A DNA stretch of 64,000 nucleotides, taken from Chiloscyllium plagiosum. Its lineage: Eukaryota. The stretch is taken from contig NC_057749.1 of assembly GCF_004010195.1 (NCBI RefSeq), forward strand, positions 8,682,293-8,746,292. Direction: 5' to 3'. Of this stretch, positions 37,821 to 50,568 are shown in pieces (position 1 is the first letter of the stretch; each line of letters opens with the position of its first letter). Both the position numbers and the translations under genes were made by a program. The notes below the pieces were generated by a model, which was not told the DNA's origin, did no database searches, and saw nothing but the letters and a program-made list of their open reading frames with translations.

Positions 37821-37982
37821 CTAAGACTTTCATACTCCAAAATCTTTCAATTTAAGTCCCGCTCTCTTTAAACTAGTTCTCTAAAAACAACACTGGCAAA
37901 ACTTATTTGGCTCATTTCCAGGAATAAATAGATTTGGATGTGAGAAAAGAGGTATAGTTAGGTGTAGCGGACAGTGTACGAT

Positions 37983-38833
37983 GGGATCTTGATCAGATGG
38001 GCCAATGGGCTGAGAAGTGGCAAATGGAGTGTAATTCAGATAAATGCGAGGTACTGCATTTTGGGAATGCAAACTTTAGCAGGACTTATACACTTAATGG
38101 TAAGGTCCTGGGGAGTGTTGCTGAACAAAGAGACCTTAGGTGGACGTTCATAGCTGCTTGAAAGTGCAGTTGTAGGTAGATAGGATAGTGAGGAAGGCGT
38201 TTGGTATGCTTTCCTTTATTAGTCAGAGGATTGAGTACAGGAGTTGGGAGGTCATATTGCGGCAGTACAAGACATTGGTTTGGCCCCTTTTGGAATATTG
38301 CGTGCAAATCTGGTCTCCTTCCTATCGGAAAGATGTTGTGAAACTTGAAAGGGTTCAGAAAAGATTTACGAGGATATTGTCAGGGTTGGAGGATTTGAGC
38401 TATAGGGAGAGGTTGAATAGGCTGAGGCTGTTTTCCCTGGAGCATCAGAGGCTGAGGGGTGAGCCTATAGAAGTTTATAAAATCGTGAGGGGCATGAATA
38501 GGGTAAATAGTTAAAGTCTCTTCCCTAGGGTGGGGGAGTCCAGCACTAGAGGGCATAGGTTGAGAGGGGAAAGATATAAAAGAGACCTAAGGAGCAATGT
38601 TTTCATGCAGAGGGTGATTTGTGTATGGAATGAGCTGCCAAAGGAAATGGTGGAGGCTAGTATGATTGCAGCATTTAAAAGACATCTCATTGAGGAAATA
38701 ACTCGGAAGGGTTTGGAGGGAAATGGGCCGGGTGGCAGGTGGGACTAGATTGGGTTGGGATATCTGCTTGGCATGGACGAGTTGGACCGAAGGGTCTGTT
38801 TCCAAGCTGGACATCTCTATGACTCTATACTCT
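37983..38833 (+). mobile_element. CR1 3' fragment (about 850 bp)
   Basis: YKTLVWPLLEYCVQIWSPSYRKDVVKLERVQKRFTR followed by tail. Confidence 0.93.
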
Positions 38834-39997
38834 AAATAGGTTCATATTCACAAACCCTCCAGTAATGTACAGTACCTTGCTAAGTATACCACATCATGTC
38901 CTCTGAAAAAGAAAAAAGATAAATTGTTTCACGAAAATGAAACTTTCAAACTTGCATGTCAGGATCCAGATAGACTGTGTCAGCTTATTTAATTTTAGAT
39001 CGTCAGCCTTATCTTCAAAAGACATTTGATATGTTTTTGATATGCGACACTGAGATGGAGCATAAATGGGAATACGTGACCCCTGAATGTTTTCCCAGGT
39101 TTGAACATTGATGAAAAGACAGATATATCACTGAAGCTCAGTAGTCAATATCAAAATTGACAAGTTGACATGCCATCCAATCGGCATGTTTCTCTCCTAC
39201 GGTATAAATTGTTGTGATCACTGAGGTTTGGCATTTTTGTATTTGTCCTGATGAGTGCAAGAATGAAAAGATTTGCAAATTAGTTCCTTTTTACAGCAAG
39301 TTTTACACTATCAAACATTATGCTAGCGGCAGGGGGGGTGATGGCCTAGTGGCATTATTGTCAGGCCGTTATTCTAGGGAATGAAGTAATATTCTAACGA
39401 CAAAAATGGAAGTTGTTGGAAAAGCTCAGCAGGTCTGGCAGGATCTGTGAAGAGAAATCCAAGTTAATCCAAGTGAGGAAAGGTCATTGGACCTGAAACA
39501 TTAACTCTGATTTCTCTTTACAGAACTGCTGAGCTGTTTCAGTGACTTCTGTTTTTGTTTCTGATTTGCAGCGCCCACAGTTCTTTCAGTTTTTATATAT
39601 TCTAGAGACCTGGGTTTAAATCCCACTTTAGTAGACGGTGGGATTGGAATTCAATAAAAATCTGAATTAAAAGTCAATTGATGACCATGAAAGAATTGGA
39701 AAAAACCATTACTAATGTCATTTAAAGAAGGGAACTCCCATCTTTACCTGGTTTGGCCTACACGTGACTCCAGACCCACAGCAATGTGGTTGACTCTAAA
39801 CTCCATTGGGGATGGGCAATAAATGCTGGCCTTTATTGCAGTAACACACACATCTTCAGAATAAAAACACATTTCAATATTCAATACGCTCATCTGACTT
39901 TTAATACTGGGGTCTTACGAAAGAAGGGTCAACCCAAAACTGTAACTCTGCTTTCTCTCCACCAGACCTGCTGATTTTCTCCAGCAATCCCTGATTT

Positions 39998-40201
39998 TTG
40001 TGTGTGTGTGTATGTGTGTGTATGTGTTTGTGTATGTGTGCGCGTGTTTGTGTATGTGTGTGTGTTTGTATGCGTGTGTGTTTTTGTGTGCGTGTTTGTG
40101 TGTGTATGTGTTTGTGTATGTATGTGTGTGTGTAGGTGTTTGTGTATGTGTGTGTGCGTGTGTGTGTATGCATTTGCTAATGTGTGTTTGTGTGTGTGTG
40201 T
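39998..40201. repeat. Imperfect (TG)n microsatellite
   Basis: Seen directly. Confidence 0.97.
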
Positions 40202-40654
40202 TACTTTACATGAAATAATGCAGTCTGCTGAAACTATCCATTCTTGCCCTCTGCTGTTTATCCTCCTTGCTTTCATGGGTAACCTAGCACATGTGAAAAA
40301 ACACAGGAGGCGTAACTCCCCTGTTACAAACCTAGTTTGTTTAATTTCATGGGCTCTTAATTTTATGCCATTGCACTGAAACAAACCTGAGTGAAAGTGC
40401 GATGCATTGACATTGGAAAGGATGCCAACGTGAGGAAATTAACAATCGCAGCAAATTGATAGGAGAAAATGAGGGAATTAGGAATGCCTTTATTGGAATG
40501 AAGTGAATGTGCTGGCGGTGCAAACTGATTCGAGCTTCAGAATGGCTGGAGCATTTACAGCTCTCTGAGCTCTGGTGATTTTTTGAAGTTCCATTAACCA
40601 AAATAAAGGTAGTGTTTCTGATATCCTCCTGGCCATTTTACCACAGGGTAGACT

Positions 40655-40983
40655 AGATTAGGTTACTTACAGTGTGGAAACAGGCCATTTGGCCCAACAA
40701 ATCCACACTGACTCTCTGAAGAGTAACCCACCCAGACCCATTCCCCTACCCTATATTTACACATGGCTAATACATCCAACACTATGGGCAATTTAGCATG
40801 GCCAATTCACCTGGCCGGCACATTTTTTGAATTGTGGGAGGAAACCAGAGCACCCGGAAGAAACCCACGCAGACACGAGGAGAATGTGCAAACTCCACAC
40901 AGACAGTCACCTGAGGATGGAATTGAACCCAGCTCCCTGGCGCTATGAGGTAGCAGTGCTAGCCACTGAGGCACTGTGCCACA
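40655..40983 (-). mobile_element. V-SINE
   Basis: Head, V-domain and tail. Confidence 0.9.
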
Positions 40984-41164
40984 CTATCCTTGCCATCACT
41001 TACAGCCATAACTCAAAAAAAGGGAAACAAAGAATCCTTCTGTCTTATTTCTCAGACAGGAAGGGGTATGCACCTTTCAGGACAAGAAACTGCTATGGAC
41101 CTTTGCATTATGTTGTTTCAAGGGAGACTGCACCATGAGCAGAGAAGGTAAGCCAGCAGCTAGC

Positions 41165-41488
41165 CATGGGTGGCTTTGTGGTTAGCACTGCTGCCTTACA
41201 GTGCCAGGGACCTGGGTTCAATTCCAACCTCAGGTAGTTGTCTGTGTGGAGTTTGCACTTTCTCCCTGTGTCTGCATGGGTTATGTCCACATGTTCTGGT
41301 TTCCTCCCATAGTCTGGAGATGTGTAGGTTAGGTGGATTAGCCACAGAAATTTTCCCATAACATGGATTAACCATGGGAAATGCAAGGTTAAAGGGATGT
41401 GGTGGATCTGGGTGGGATGGTCTTCAGAGAATCCGTGTGGACTTGATGCACTGAATGGCTTGCTTCCATGTTGCAGGGATTTTATGAT
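41165..41488 (+). mobile_element. V-SINE
   Basis: Head, V-domain and tail. Confidence 0.88.
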
Positions 41489-42619
41489 CTAGACCTTTGG
41501 TGATTTTGTACTGCTATGTGCTGTCGGGCACTTGAACCTTTGTGATAACCTCAACCAGTGTGGAAATTGAATCCATGCTGTTGGCATCAGTTTGCATCAC
41601 AAATCAGCCATCCAGCCAACTTAGCTAACCAATGGCTTTGACAAAGGGTCAGTTAGACTGGAAACGTCAGCTCTTTTCTCTCCTTACAGATGCTGCCAGA
41701 CCTGCTGAGATTTTCCAGCATTTTCTCTTTTGGTAGCTAACCAACCACCTGTTTGCAATGCACAATGGCTCCTACAGGCAGATTTGATTCTCACAACTGT
41801 CAAGATGAAGGTTATGCCTTCTCAACCTTGTCCTTCACTTGAGGCGTGTTGCTGCTCAGATTAAATCACCACTAGCCGCCCCTCTCTCTCTCTCTCTCTC
41901 TGTCTAGTGAAGGAGCTGCCTTACAATGTTCTCTGGGAAGAACTACCAATGGTCCAAGCAGCATCTTCAAGTCACCAACCCCTTACAATCCCAACACATG
42001 CCACCAAACGTGAATTTTACTGGCTGCAAAGCACTTTGAGACTTCCGAGGACATGGAGAGCGCTATGTAAATGCAAGTCTTTCTTTAATCCTTTACTCAG
42101 CCTCTTTCCACGCTGGTTCTGATCTGAATAGAGCATTAACTCTGTGACACAAAGAGAAACAAGTAACAGCTGTAACCTCCTGCTGTGAACAGTCAATGCC
42201 AGCAAATGAGGAAAAAAATACACACACACACGTCTTACTAGAGTGAGTAGCAGCCAGCATATGTTGAGGAACATTTTGCGCAGGAGTCTCTGGGTTCCGG
42301 TGAGTTTGCACGACATATTGCTGCTCTAAGATTTCACTGAGATTGAAGTTTGTTGTATTTAATTCCTCTTTCCAAAGCTTGCATGCACCTAGCAACCCTC
42401 ATACTGTTCCTGCTCAACCAAGAGCTCATTGGTTTGCAGAAGCACAGCTTCTACAGGGAGAAAGTTTTGCACTGATCTACACCTTCCCTACCCTCAGGAA
42501 GCCCAACACACCCCCACCCAAAGGCTCTTTACAGCCATTGAGATATTCTCTGAAGTCGCTATTGTAATTCAGGAACCGTGGCAACCAATCTGTGCACAGC
42601 AAGATCCCACCAATCGTTG

Positions 42620-43430
42620 TCTCAAACAATGATGAGACAGTGCACTGGAGAGAGACAGAGTGCCTGGTGTTCTGGTGTAAAGACAACAATCTCTCCCACA
42701 ACCTCAGCAAAACTAAAGAGCTGGTCGTTAACTTCCGGAAGCAAGGTGGGGGGACACGCCCATATCTGTATCAATGGAGCTGAGGTGGAGATGATTGAGA
42801 GAGTCAAGTCTCTGAGAGCGATGATCACCAACAATCTGTCCTGGTCCATCCACATCAATGCAATGGACAAGAGAGCACAGCATCGCCTTTACTTCCTCAG
42901 GAGGCTCAGAAAGTTTGGCAGGTCCATCAAGACTCTTACCAACCTTTACAGATGGCACCACAGAAAACATTCTATATGGATGCATCACGGCTTGATACAG
43001 CAACTACTCTGCGCAGGATCATTTCAAACTACAGAGCATTGTGTACGCAGCCAAGTCCATCACACAAACCAGCCTCCCATCCATTGACTCCATCTACACT
43101 TGCTGCTACCTCGGAATAGCAGCCGACATCATCAAAGACTCCTCTCACCTGGTAATAATCTCTTCCAATTTCTTCCTTCAGGCAGGAGATACAAAAACTT
43201 AAACATACATACCAATAGATTCAAATACAGCCTCTTCTCCACTGTTATTAGACTTCTGAATGGCCCTCTCAAATTTTGAATTTAATGTTGGTCACGTTCT
43301 TTGTGCACCTTCTTTGCAGCCGTAACATTGTATTCCTCGCTCTGTTCTACTACCTTTCCCCATCCCACCCCCATTTCAGAAGGACAGTTGTTCCTTGTGC
43401 TAGCCTGCCATGCACTATTGTATGGTGTGG
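42620..43430 (+). mobile_element. Rex1/Babar-clade LINE, decayed RT C-terminal region and 3' UTR
   Basis: WCKDNNLSHNLSKTKELVVNFRK, INGAEVEMIERVK and KRAQHRLYFLRRLRKFG, in shifted frames. Confidence 0.85.
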
Positions 43431-43504
43431 ATAGGCTATGTTATTTAATATTGGAACTTCCACCATCCATTTGATTGTTACAGGGGTGTGCTGCAAAGCA
43501 TTCC

Positions 43505-44019
43505 TGTAATGACTGTAACGAGGTCTTCCAAGTGGACCTCATAGAATATGGGCTCCTGATTGTGGCTGTTAATCTGGTCCAATCAGGGAGCCCTGTCTGA
43601 CAGATTAAAAAGGGTGAGTACTGTCTGTGTGGAGTTTGCACATTCTCCCCCTGTCTGCGTGGGTTTCCTTCGGGTGCTCCGGTGTCCTCCCACAGTCCAA
43701 AAATGTGCAGGTTAGGTGAATTGGCCGTGCTAAGTTGCCCATAGTGTTAGGTACATTTGTCAGGGGGAAATGGGTCTGGGTGGGTTACTCTTCGGAGGGT
43801 CGATGTGGACTGGTTAGGCTGAAGGGCCTGTTTCCACACTGTAAGAAATCTAATCTAAATATGTTTAAGAAATTTTAAAAAAATAAAAAGGGTGAGTGTC
43901 AGAGATACTGACTCTCTGGTACCTGACTCTGAACGAGGCAGTGCTAAAGTCAAGGACTGTCCATCTGTAAACAAAGGGTGACTTGGTAATGGGATACTGG
44001 CCTCGGTGGAATTATTTCA
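43505..44019 (+). mobile_element. Solo LTR (about 240 bp) interrupted by a V-SINE; orientation not established
   Basis: TG...CA ends; 5-bp TSD attcc at 43500-43504 and 44020-44024; homologous to 49626-49848. Confidence 0.8.
43620..43883 (+). mobile_element. 5'-truncated V-SINE with 14-bp TSD
   Basis: taaaaagggtgagt at 43606-43619 and 43884-43897. Confidence 0.92.
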
Positions 44020-44879
44020 ATTCCCCTCTCCGGAAACCTCTGCCCTATATTTTGCCAAGTAAAAGTAAGGGACAGTCAGAAAAGATCTAATAACGCTGTA
44101 GAAAACATAGTAAGGAATTCCAAAGCCTCCCAAGTAGAATCACTTGCATCTCTTTTTCTCTCTTTCCTGTAACAAAGTAGTCACTTGACAGAATAGACTC
44201 AATTATTGCTGAAAAATGAGATGCACTCTCACAGTTTTTCATTAGGACAGACACAAGGATACCAAATGTCAAAGGGAGCGACAATTTCAAGATTTGGTAT
44301 TCTTGCGATTGTGTCCTGATGAGTGGTTGATGCAAAGCTTCAACAACATGTTTCTCTTTTCAGCAATTAGCTCAGGCATGATTTGAAAGTTCCAAGATAC
44401 CATTGGATTAGCCAAAAAACCTGCTATAATTTTGAATCATGCTGGAAATCACTGTTTAGAAATTCATGGGGGTGTCACTGGCTTGGCACTCAAGAAAGTG
44501 GTGGTCAACTACATTCTTGATCCACTGCAGTCATTGTGGTGTAGGGAGACACACAGTGCAGGTAGGGAGGGGGTCCCAAGGTTTTGACCCAGCAACAGTG
44601 AAGTGTAAACAGAACATCTCCTACAGTGCCATCCAAAAGGATAATCAACCAGAACATCAATGAAGAATGCAAAGGTCAATCACTGAGACAAATGTTGTTA
44701 CTTAGGAAGTCTGTTAGTATGAGATGGAACCCGCAATCAAGAAATGAGGGCAAAGGATTGGAATAATCAAAGATGCATTTACAAAAGTGAAAAGTGTTAC
44801 GAGCGTGGTAAAATTAGTCCTGAAAATAAAGCTGGGGAACCTTGAATTCAATATCACACACCAATTTTGACTCATGGAA

Positions 44880-45100
44880 GTAGATTAGATTCCCTACAGT
44901 GTGGGAAGAGGCCTTTGGCCCAGCAAGTCAACCCACTTCCCCCTGTCTAATGCACCTAACACTACGGACTATTTGCCTAACCTGCACATCTCTTTGGAAT
45001 GTGGGAGGCAACCCACACAGACATAGGCCCGAGGCAGGGATTGAACTTGAATCACTGGTGCTATGAGGCAGCAGTGCTAGCTACTGAGCCACCATGCTGC
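44880..45100 (-). mobile_element. V-SINE with deletions
   Basis: Tail, partial V-domain and head. Confidence 0.85.
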
Positions 45101-47472
45101 ACCGTGTAATGTTGGACAATCAGCGAAACAGTGCAGAGAAGACTTTGATGTGAATAATAAATGTATCTTGGACAAGTCACACCTGCCAATGAAGAGGTGT
45201 CAGCAAGACCTGAGCTCAAAGCAATTCTGTTGGTCAGCTCAGGAAGAGAGTGTTTGAATTCCTTGGTAATTCCATGTAATAAGAACTCAGATAGTCTGAT
45301 GGGAAAGACCATTGGTAAAAGTGATGGCTAGAAAACAAAGAATAACCTTTCCAGCGAGCCTCACTAACGAGATGAGCATGCCACTAACAAAGCTGGTCCA
45401 CTGCTCTGGAGCAAGATTAACATGGAAGTGCTTGTTTTCGCCATGTTCCTCTCAGGAGGAATGAGAAGAGATTCTGAGAGAGACAGTCAAGAAATTGTGG
45501 CATCGCCTTAAGTCCTTGTGCTGTGTGGCTTGGGGATAAACTTTGAGGTGACTGTCTTCTCATGCATCGGCTGTCCTTTGTCCTTTTATAAGGTAGAAAT
45601 GGAAGGATGCTGTCAAAGCAGAGGTGATAGCCTTAGTGGTATTTTTACTGGGCTTATTAATGTAGAATCCCAGGTAATAAAGTGGGACCTGGGTTCAAAT
45701 CCTACCATAGTAGATGGTGAATTTGAATTTAAGCTTTTTAAAAAATCTGGAATTAAATGTCTAATGACCATGAATCCATTGCTAGTTGCTGGGGAAGGCC
45801 CATCCAGTTGACTGCTGTACTTTAGGGAAGGAAACTGTCATCCTTACTTACATGTGACTCCAGACCCCCAGCAATATGGTTGACTCTTAACTGTCGTCTG
45901 GGCAATAAATACTGGTCCAGCCAGTGTTGCCCTCATCCTGTGAATGAAGACGACAAAAAGGAGCCTTGGTGAGTTGTTGTTGTACCTTCTGTAGATGCTG
46001 TACATCAGTGATGGAGGGAGTGAATGTTAAACAAAGTGGATGGGTGCCAATCAAGCAGCACTGCCAATGGCAGGATGATGAAAATCAGGGATGTGCAAGA
46101 ATTAGAGGAATGTGAATACCTTGAAGGACTGGAGAAGATTACAGAGATGGTGGGGGGTGGTGGTTGGGGTCAGGGATATCAGGAACTAAGGACCTTGTCC
46201 AGACCCATCCAACATCAAATGGCTGAATTGTCAGTCATAACACTGAGTAAGTCCCTCGATCCTGGGTCTTTCAAGGAATCAAATTCTGACATGTATCACA
46301 TTTGACAGGTCAATTAATCTTGTATCAGGATGTAATCACCTTTCCGTATGGACCCATCTCTTAATGGAGGTAGAATAATACAGAACAAAGAGGCTCCTGC
46401 CGACTGCTGTTGGAGATATTGTAATCAATCAATTGTTTGGATGCAGATGTACTCTGAAATGACACATTGGCAACAGTAATCCCATGTATTGAATACACTC
46501 ACGCATTTTCTCTGGTGATAACACATTACCCAAGTTGATGTTTCTATTGACTAATCAGGGTACAGAAATAGCCGCTCACTCCTGAGGGGTTGTGAGGAAT
46601 TGAAAGGCCGTCATTGAAAATATCGCTTGGAATGCCTCCAATTTTTTTTATTCTGCGCTGATGCATAATTGTGGTCAAAGTGGAAAGTGTGTTATCTGCC
46701 CAGAACTGTTAGATTGTTATTTCAGTGAGGGTGTTAAAAGTTTGGGAAGCAAGGTAAGTAAACAAAGGGTAGCACTGTGGAGCAAATTTAGAGTTAAAAC
46801 TTCGGCAAGATGCCTTTCTCTTTTATAATTATCAGTCCCATGGAATTACAGTCCATTTTAGAAAACAGCCCACAACCAGTCCCACCTTACAATGGTTCCA
46901 TGTATCCCAATTTTACCAAGTAGTAACCTCCAGTGACCATCCCTATGTGTTTTCCTCAGTTTTCAGAGAGTTTGTTAAATTTTGTAAAGTCTCTGGTAAT
47001 GATTCCTCTTCCCCGTGGCCGTGTCAGAAAAATCTCCCTGATTCTACCAGAGGATGAAGGTTGTGTCTCTGACTCGAGATCATCTCCCTCCCACAATAAG
47101 ACAAGGTAGCTCACAAACCAAGCAGCCCCTTCTGTCTGCTGTCCACTCCGCTGTGATATTCGTTGACTTATATGGAAGCCTTGTAACCTGATCTTAAAAT
47201 TGGCTTCCACCACCCTCTTTGCCATGGAAGCATGAAACACATTAACCTCATAACTAAGTAGAAGTGAATGAACTGTATTCAGCATAACTGTTAACAATGC
47301 AGCACACTGGTACCAAAACATCATTCAGGCTCTTTGGGAGATTCAGAGATGGCTCATTGCAAACTGCTATCATTGTGTGCAAATACAAATGCCTTTCACT
47401 TTCTTCTTGATGAAGCAATCCAGGCTTTTATTTGATGTGTCACAGTCAAACCATCCTGGCGTATTCGCACGC

Positions 47473-47676
47473 AAAGTCAGAAGTCAGATAACACCAGGTT
47501 ATAGTCCAACAGGTTTATTTGAAATCACAAGCTTTCAGAGCGCTGTTTCACTTCACCTGATGAAGGAGCGGCGCTCTGAAAGCTTGCGATTTCAAATAAA
47601 CCTGTTGGACTATAACCTGGTGTCATGTTGACTTCTGACTTGGTCCATGCCAGTCCAACACCGGCACCTCCACATT
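47473..47676. mobile_element. Palindromic Penelope-derived element, second family
   Basis: About 70-bp inverted arms (acaccaggttatagtccaacaggtttatttgaaatc). Relatives at 50862-51054 and 62350-62465, the latter with TSD tatgactggaga. Confidence 0.75.
47553..47589 (+). ncRNA. Minimal hammerhead motif, second family
   Basis: tcac-CTGATGA-a-GGAGC-ggc-GCTCT-GAAA-gc-TT-gcga, with palindromic AGCT at helix III. Confidence 0.65.
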
Positions 47677-48614
47677 ATGACTACTCTCTAGCAGACAGCA
47701 GAACAGCTGATATAATCCCTTTCATTTACCTTCGATATAAAACTGCGATCCCAAATTATGATAGTCTTCTAAACCTCGTAATTGCAACATGCAGTTCCAT
47801 GGATTCTGCTTTAATGTAATGCATTAAATATTGGTTTACTTTATGGACCATTTTCTAACAAAAAACTTAACACAAACTGAACAATGTGAAAGGTGAAATC
47901 TGTGATGATGAAACATGCCCTTAGCATTTATTCGCAGACATTGAATCACAATGTAAAGGTCATTGATGCAGTTATAGAGCTGAGAAATGTCAGTATTTTC
48001 ATCAGACCATGATTCTGATACACCACCATTCCCTCGAGTTACTCTCCAAAACAATTTGCCAGCAAGTTGCACACATTTATTTGGAGGAGTCAAACTTACT
48101 CCCTCAGTCGTTCTGAAGTTGGGGGGAATTGCAAACGAGAAGGTTGAAGCTTCCCAGTTATCCCAGGCCTCGACATTCATTAAGGTGATGATCACCCCAC
48201 AATGTCGCAACACAACCGTTTCTGCTCCGACTGGTTTAGGTGAATCTGAATTCTCTTGCGCCCGCCAAATGTTGGCATCCGATCAGAGATAGAAACCGAT
48301 TTGGGAACATGGTACTGGGGCAACCTGTTGTTCCAGAGTGATGACCATTGAATTAGTGAGACAGCACTTTCCAAACTGAAAGTTCATTGTTGTGTTCAAG
48401 ACGTCAACTTTTGAGGAATGCAAGAAGATCTTCAGTGGCATAGTCCATGGTTGGAGGTTTGCACCCTTTTATCATGTAGTATAAAATGTTATTGTTTTTT
48501 AAGATGGTAATGCCTCTTCCTTTAGAACCAAAATTCCACTTATTGTACTTGCAAAGAGATCGATTGCACTTAGGAATGCCCTTACATTTTTCAAGGTCAG
48601 ATAGGCTTGTGTTC

Positions 48615-48885
48615 ATAGAGTTATAGATTCATAGACTCAGAAAAGGCCCATTGGAGTTAGCATCAAAATAGCTCCCACTAAAAGTGCGCTAATCCCAGTT
48701 TCCTGCTCTTGTCCCATATCCCTGAATGTTATGATATTTGAAGCATATTGTAAGGTTTCCAGTCTTCACTACCTTCCCAGGCAGTTTGTTCCAGATTCCT
48801 AACCCCCGCTGAGTGAAAAGGTGATTTTCCCAAATGCCCTTGAAATCTCCTGCCCCTTACCCTGAAACCATGCCCTCTCATAATT
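48615..48885 (-). mobile_element. Old CR1 tail
   Basis: catagagttatag...aaaggccca...cccatatcc pattern. Confidence 0.7.
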
Positions 48886-49238
48886 CACTGCAAGTCCATA
48901 TTTATAACATGATCTCTTTCAGCTCCTCGAAGGAATGAGAGGGTGTTCTCTGTGGTTAAAGACGTTTATTGTTGGATTAAAATGCATTCGGTCTGTTTGG
49001 TATTGGGTTTGGGGGTGGGTGTGGTTGGGAGAGGGGGCAGGAACTCCTCTGATGGCTGTTATATTCCCCCAGTACACCTCCTCACGCATCCCCTGTGCAC
49101 ACACCACCCTCCCCCCGTCCCCTCCCCACCCTGTACCCTCAGCCTCAACCGTGGCTCAGAGAAACCCAGTTTGTGGAGGAAGCAGCCAAGCCTGTGTGGT
49201 GGGGTGGGGGAGAGACGACACCATCCCCGTGGTGATCC

Positions 49239-49252
49239 GTAGCCATAGCAAC
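49239..49252 (+). promoter_or_regulatory. RFX X-box-like motif
   Basis: GTAGCCATAGCAAC fits GTHNYYATRRNAAC and lies in a GC-rich non-repeat patch. Confidence 0.4.
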
Positions 49253-49542
49253 AACCAAACCGGCAGGGAGTGCCTTGAGGAGCATTGGCATTGAGTTCTC
49301 TCCTTCAGACTGCGCGCCCATTATCATCACCACCCCCAACCCCAGGGAACTGCCCCCCATCCCCTGACACCGCCTGTTATTTTGAACCTGGAGGCTGACT
49401 GGAAAATCTCCATTTAAATGGCCTCAGGTTGCACTGTTCCCATTGGCTGGACTGCTGGCTTGTGATGCCAAACAGCATGGGGTTAATTCCCACACTGGCC
49501 AGAGCCACCGTGGTCACAGACTTACTGAACTTCTCCTCATTT

Positions 49543-50568
49543 CGAGTACTGTGTATAATTCTGGTTGCCCGGCTTATAGGAAGGATATTGTTAAGCTGGA
49601 AAAGGTGCAGAAAAGGTTTAAAAGGTGTCGTGATTGTAACGGGGTCAGCCAGGTGGACCTCATAGAACATGATTTGAGGTTGCTAATCTGGTCCAATCAG
49701 GGAGCCCTGGCTGACAGATATGTTCATGGGTACCAGAGGTTTTGTTCACTCTGAGAGCTGGCTCTGAAGGAGCTGCATCAGGTGACTTTCCAAGTGTAAG
49801 TACAGGGTGACTTGGTGATGGGATACTGGCCTCTGTGGAGTTATTTCACAAGGATTGGGGTGGCACAGTGGCTCAGTGGCTAGCATTGCTGCCTCACAGC
49901 ACCAGGATCCCAGGTTCAATTCCAGCCTTGAGCGACTGTCTGTGTGGAGTTTGCATATTCTCTGTGTGGGTTTCCTCCGGGTGCTCCGGTTTCCTCCCAC
50001 GGTCCAAAGATGTGGAGGTCAGGTGAATTGGCTATGCTAAATTGCCTGTAGTGTTAGTTGCATTAGTCAGAGGGAGACTGGTCTGGGTGGGTTACTCTTC
50101 AGAGGGTCGGTTTGGGCTGAAGGGCCTGTATCCACACTGTAGGGAATCTAATCTAATCATATTACTGAGACTGGAAAATTCGAGTTATAAGGAGAGGCTG
50201 AATAGGGAGGGACAGTAGGAGGTTGAGGGGTGACTTACAGAAGTTTATAAAATCATGAGGGACATAGAAAAGGTCAATAGCCAAGGTCTTTTTCCTAGAG
50301 TAGGGAAATCCAAAACTAGAGGAGTGATTTAAAGGGGATCTGAGGGGCAACTCTTTCACACAGAGGGTGGTATGTGCGTGTGTGGAATGAGCTGCTGGAG
50401 GGTGTGGTAGAGGTGAATACAATTACAACATTTAAAAGACGTTTGGACAGGTACATAGATAGGAAAGGTTTAGAGGGATATGGGTCAAATTCGGGTAAAT
50501 GGGACTCATTTAGTTGAGGAAACCTGGTCGGCATGGATGAGTTGGGCCGAAGGGTCTATTTCTATGCT
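49543..50568 (+). mobile_element. CR1 3' fragment interrupted by a solo LTR and a V-SINE (49857-50158)
   Basis: ORF2-like sequence at 49543-49625 resumes at about 50163 and runs to the tail. Confidence 0.8.
49626..49848 (+). mobile_element. Solo LTR, same family as 43505
   Basis: tgtcgtgattgtaac...ttatttca, flanked by aaagg and caagg (4/5 TSD) inside a CR1. Confidence 0.78.

Noticed and set aside
39901..40384. His/Thr-rich and Cys/Val-rich ORFs (also 54078-54577)
   Set aside because: Translations of TG microsatellites.
46200..47324. Decayed retroviral env (RPRGRGII as furin site and fusion peptide)
   Set aside because: Only vague resemblance, with many stops and no consistent frame. Kept only as an unassigned region to search.
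43505..49848. Provirus bounded by the two similar LTRs
   Set aside because: Each LTR has its own TSD, the second lies inside a CR1, they are clearly diverged, and no gag or pol is seen between them.
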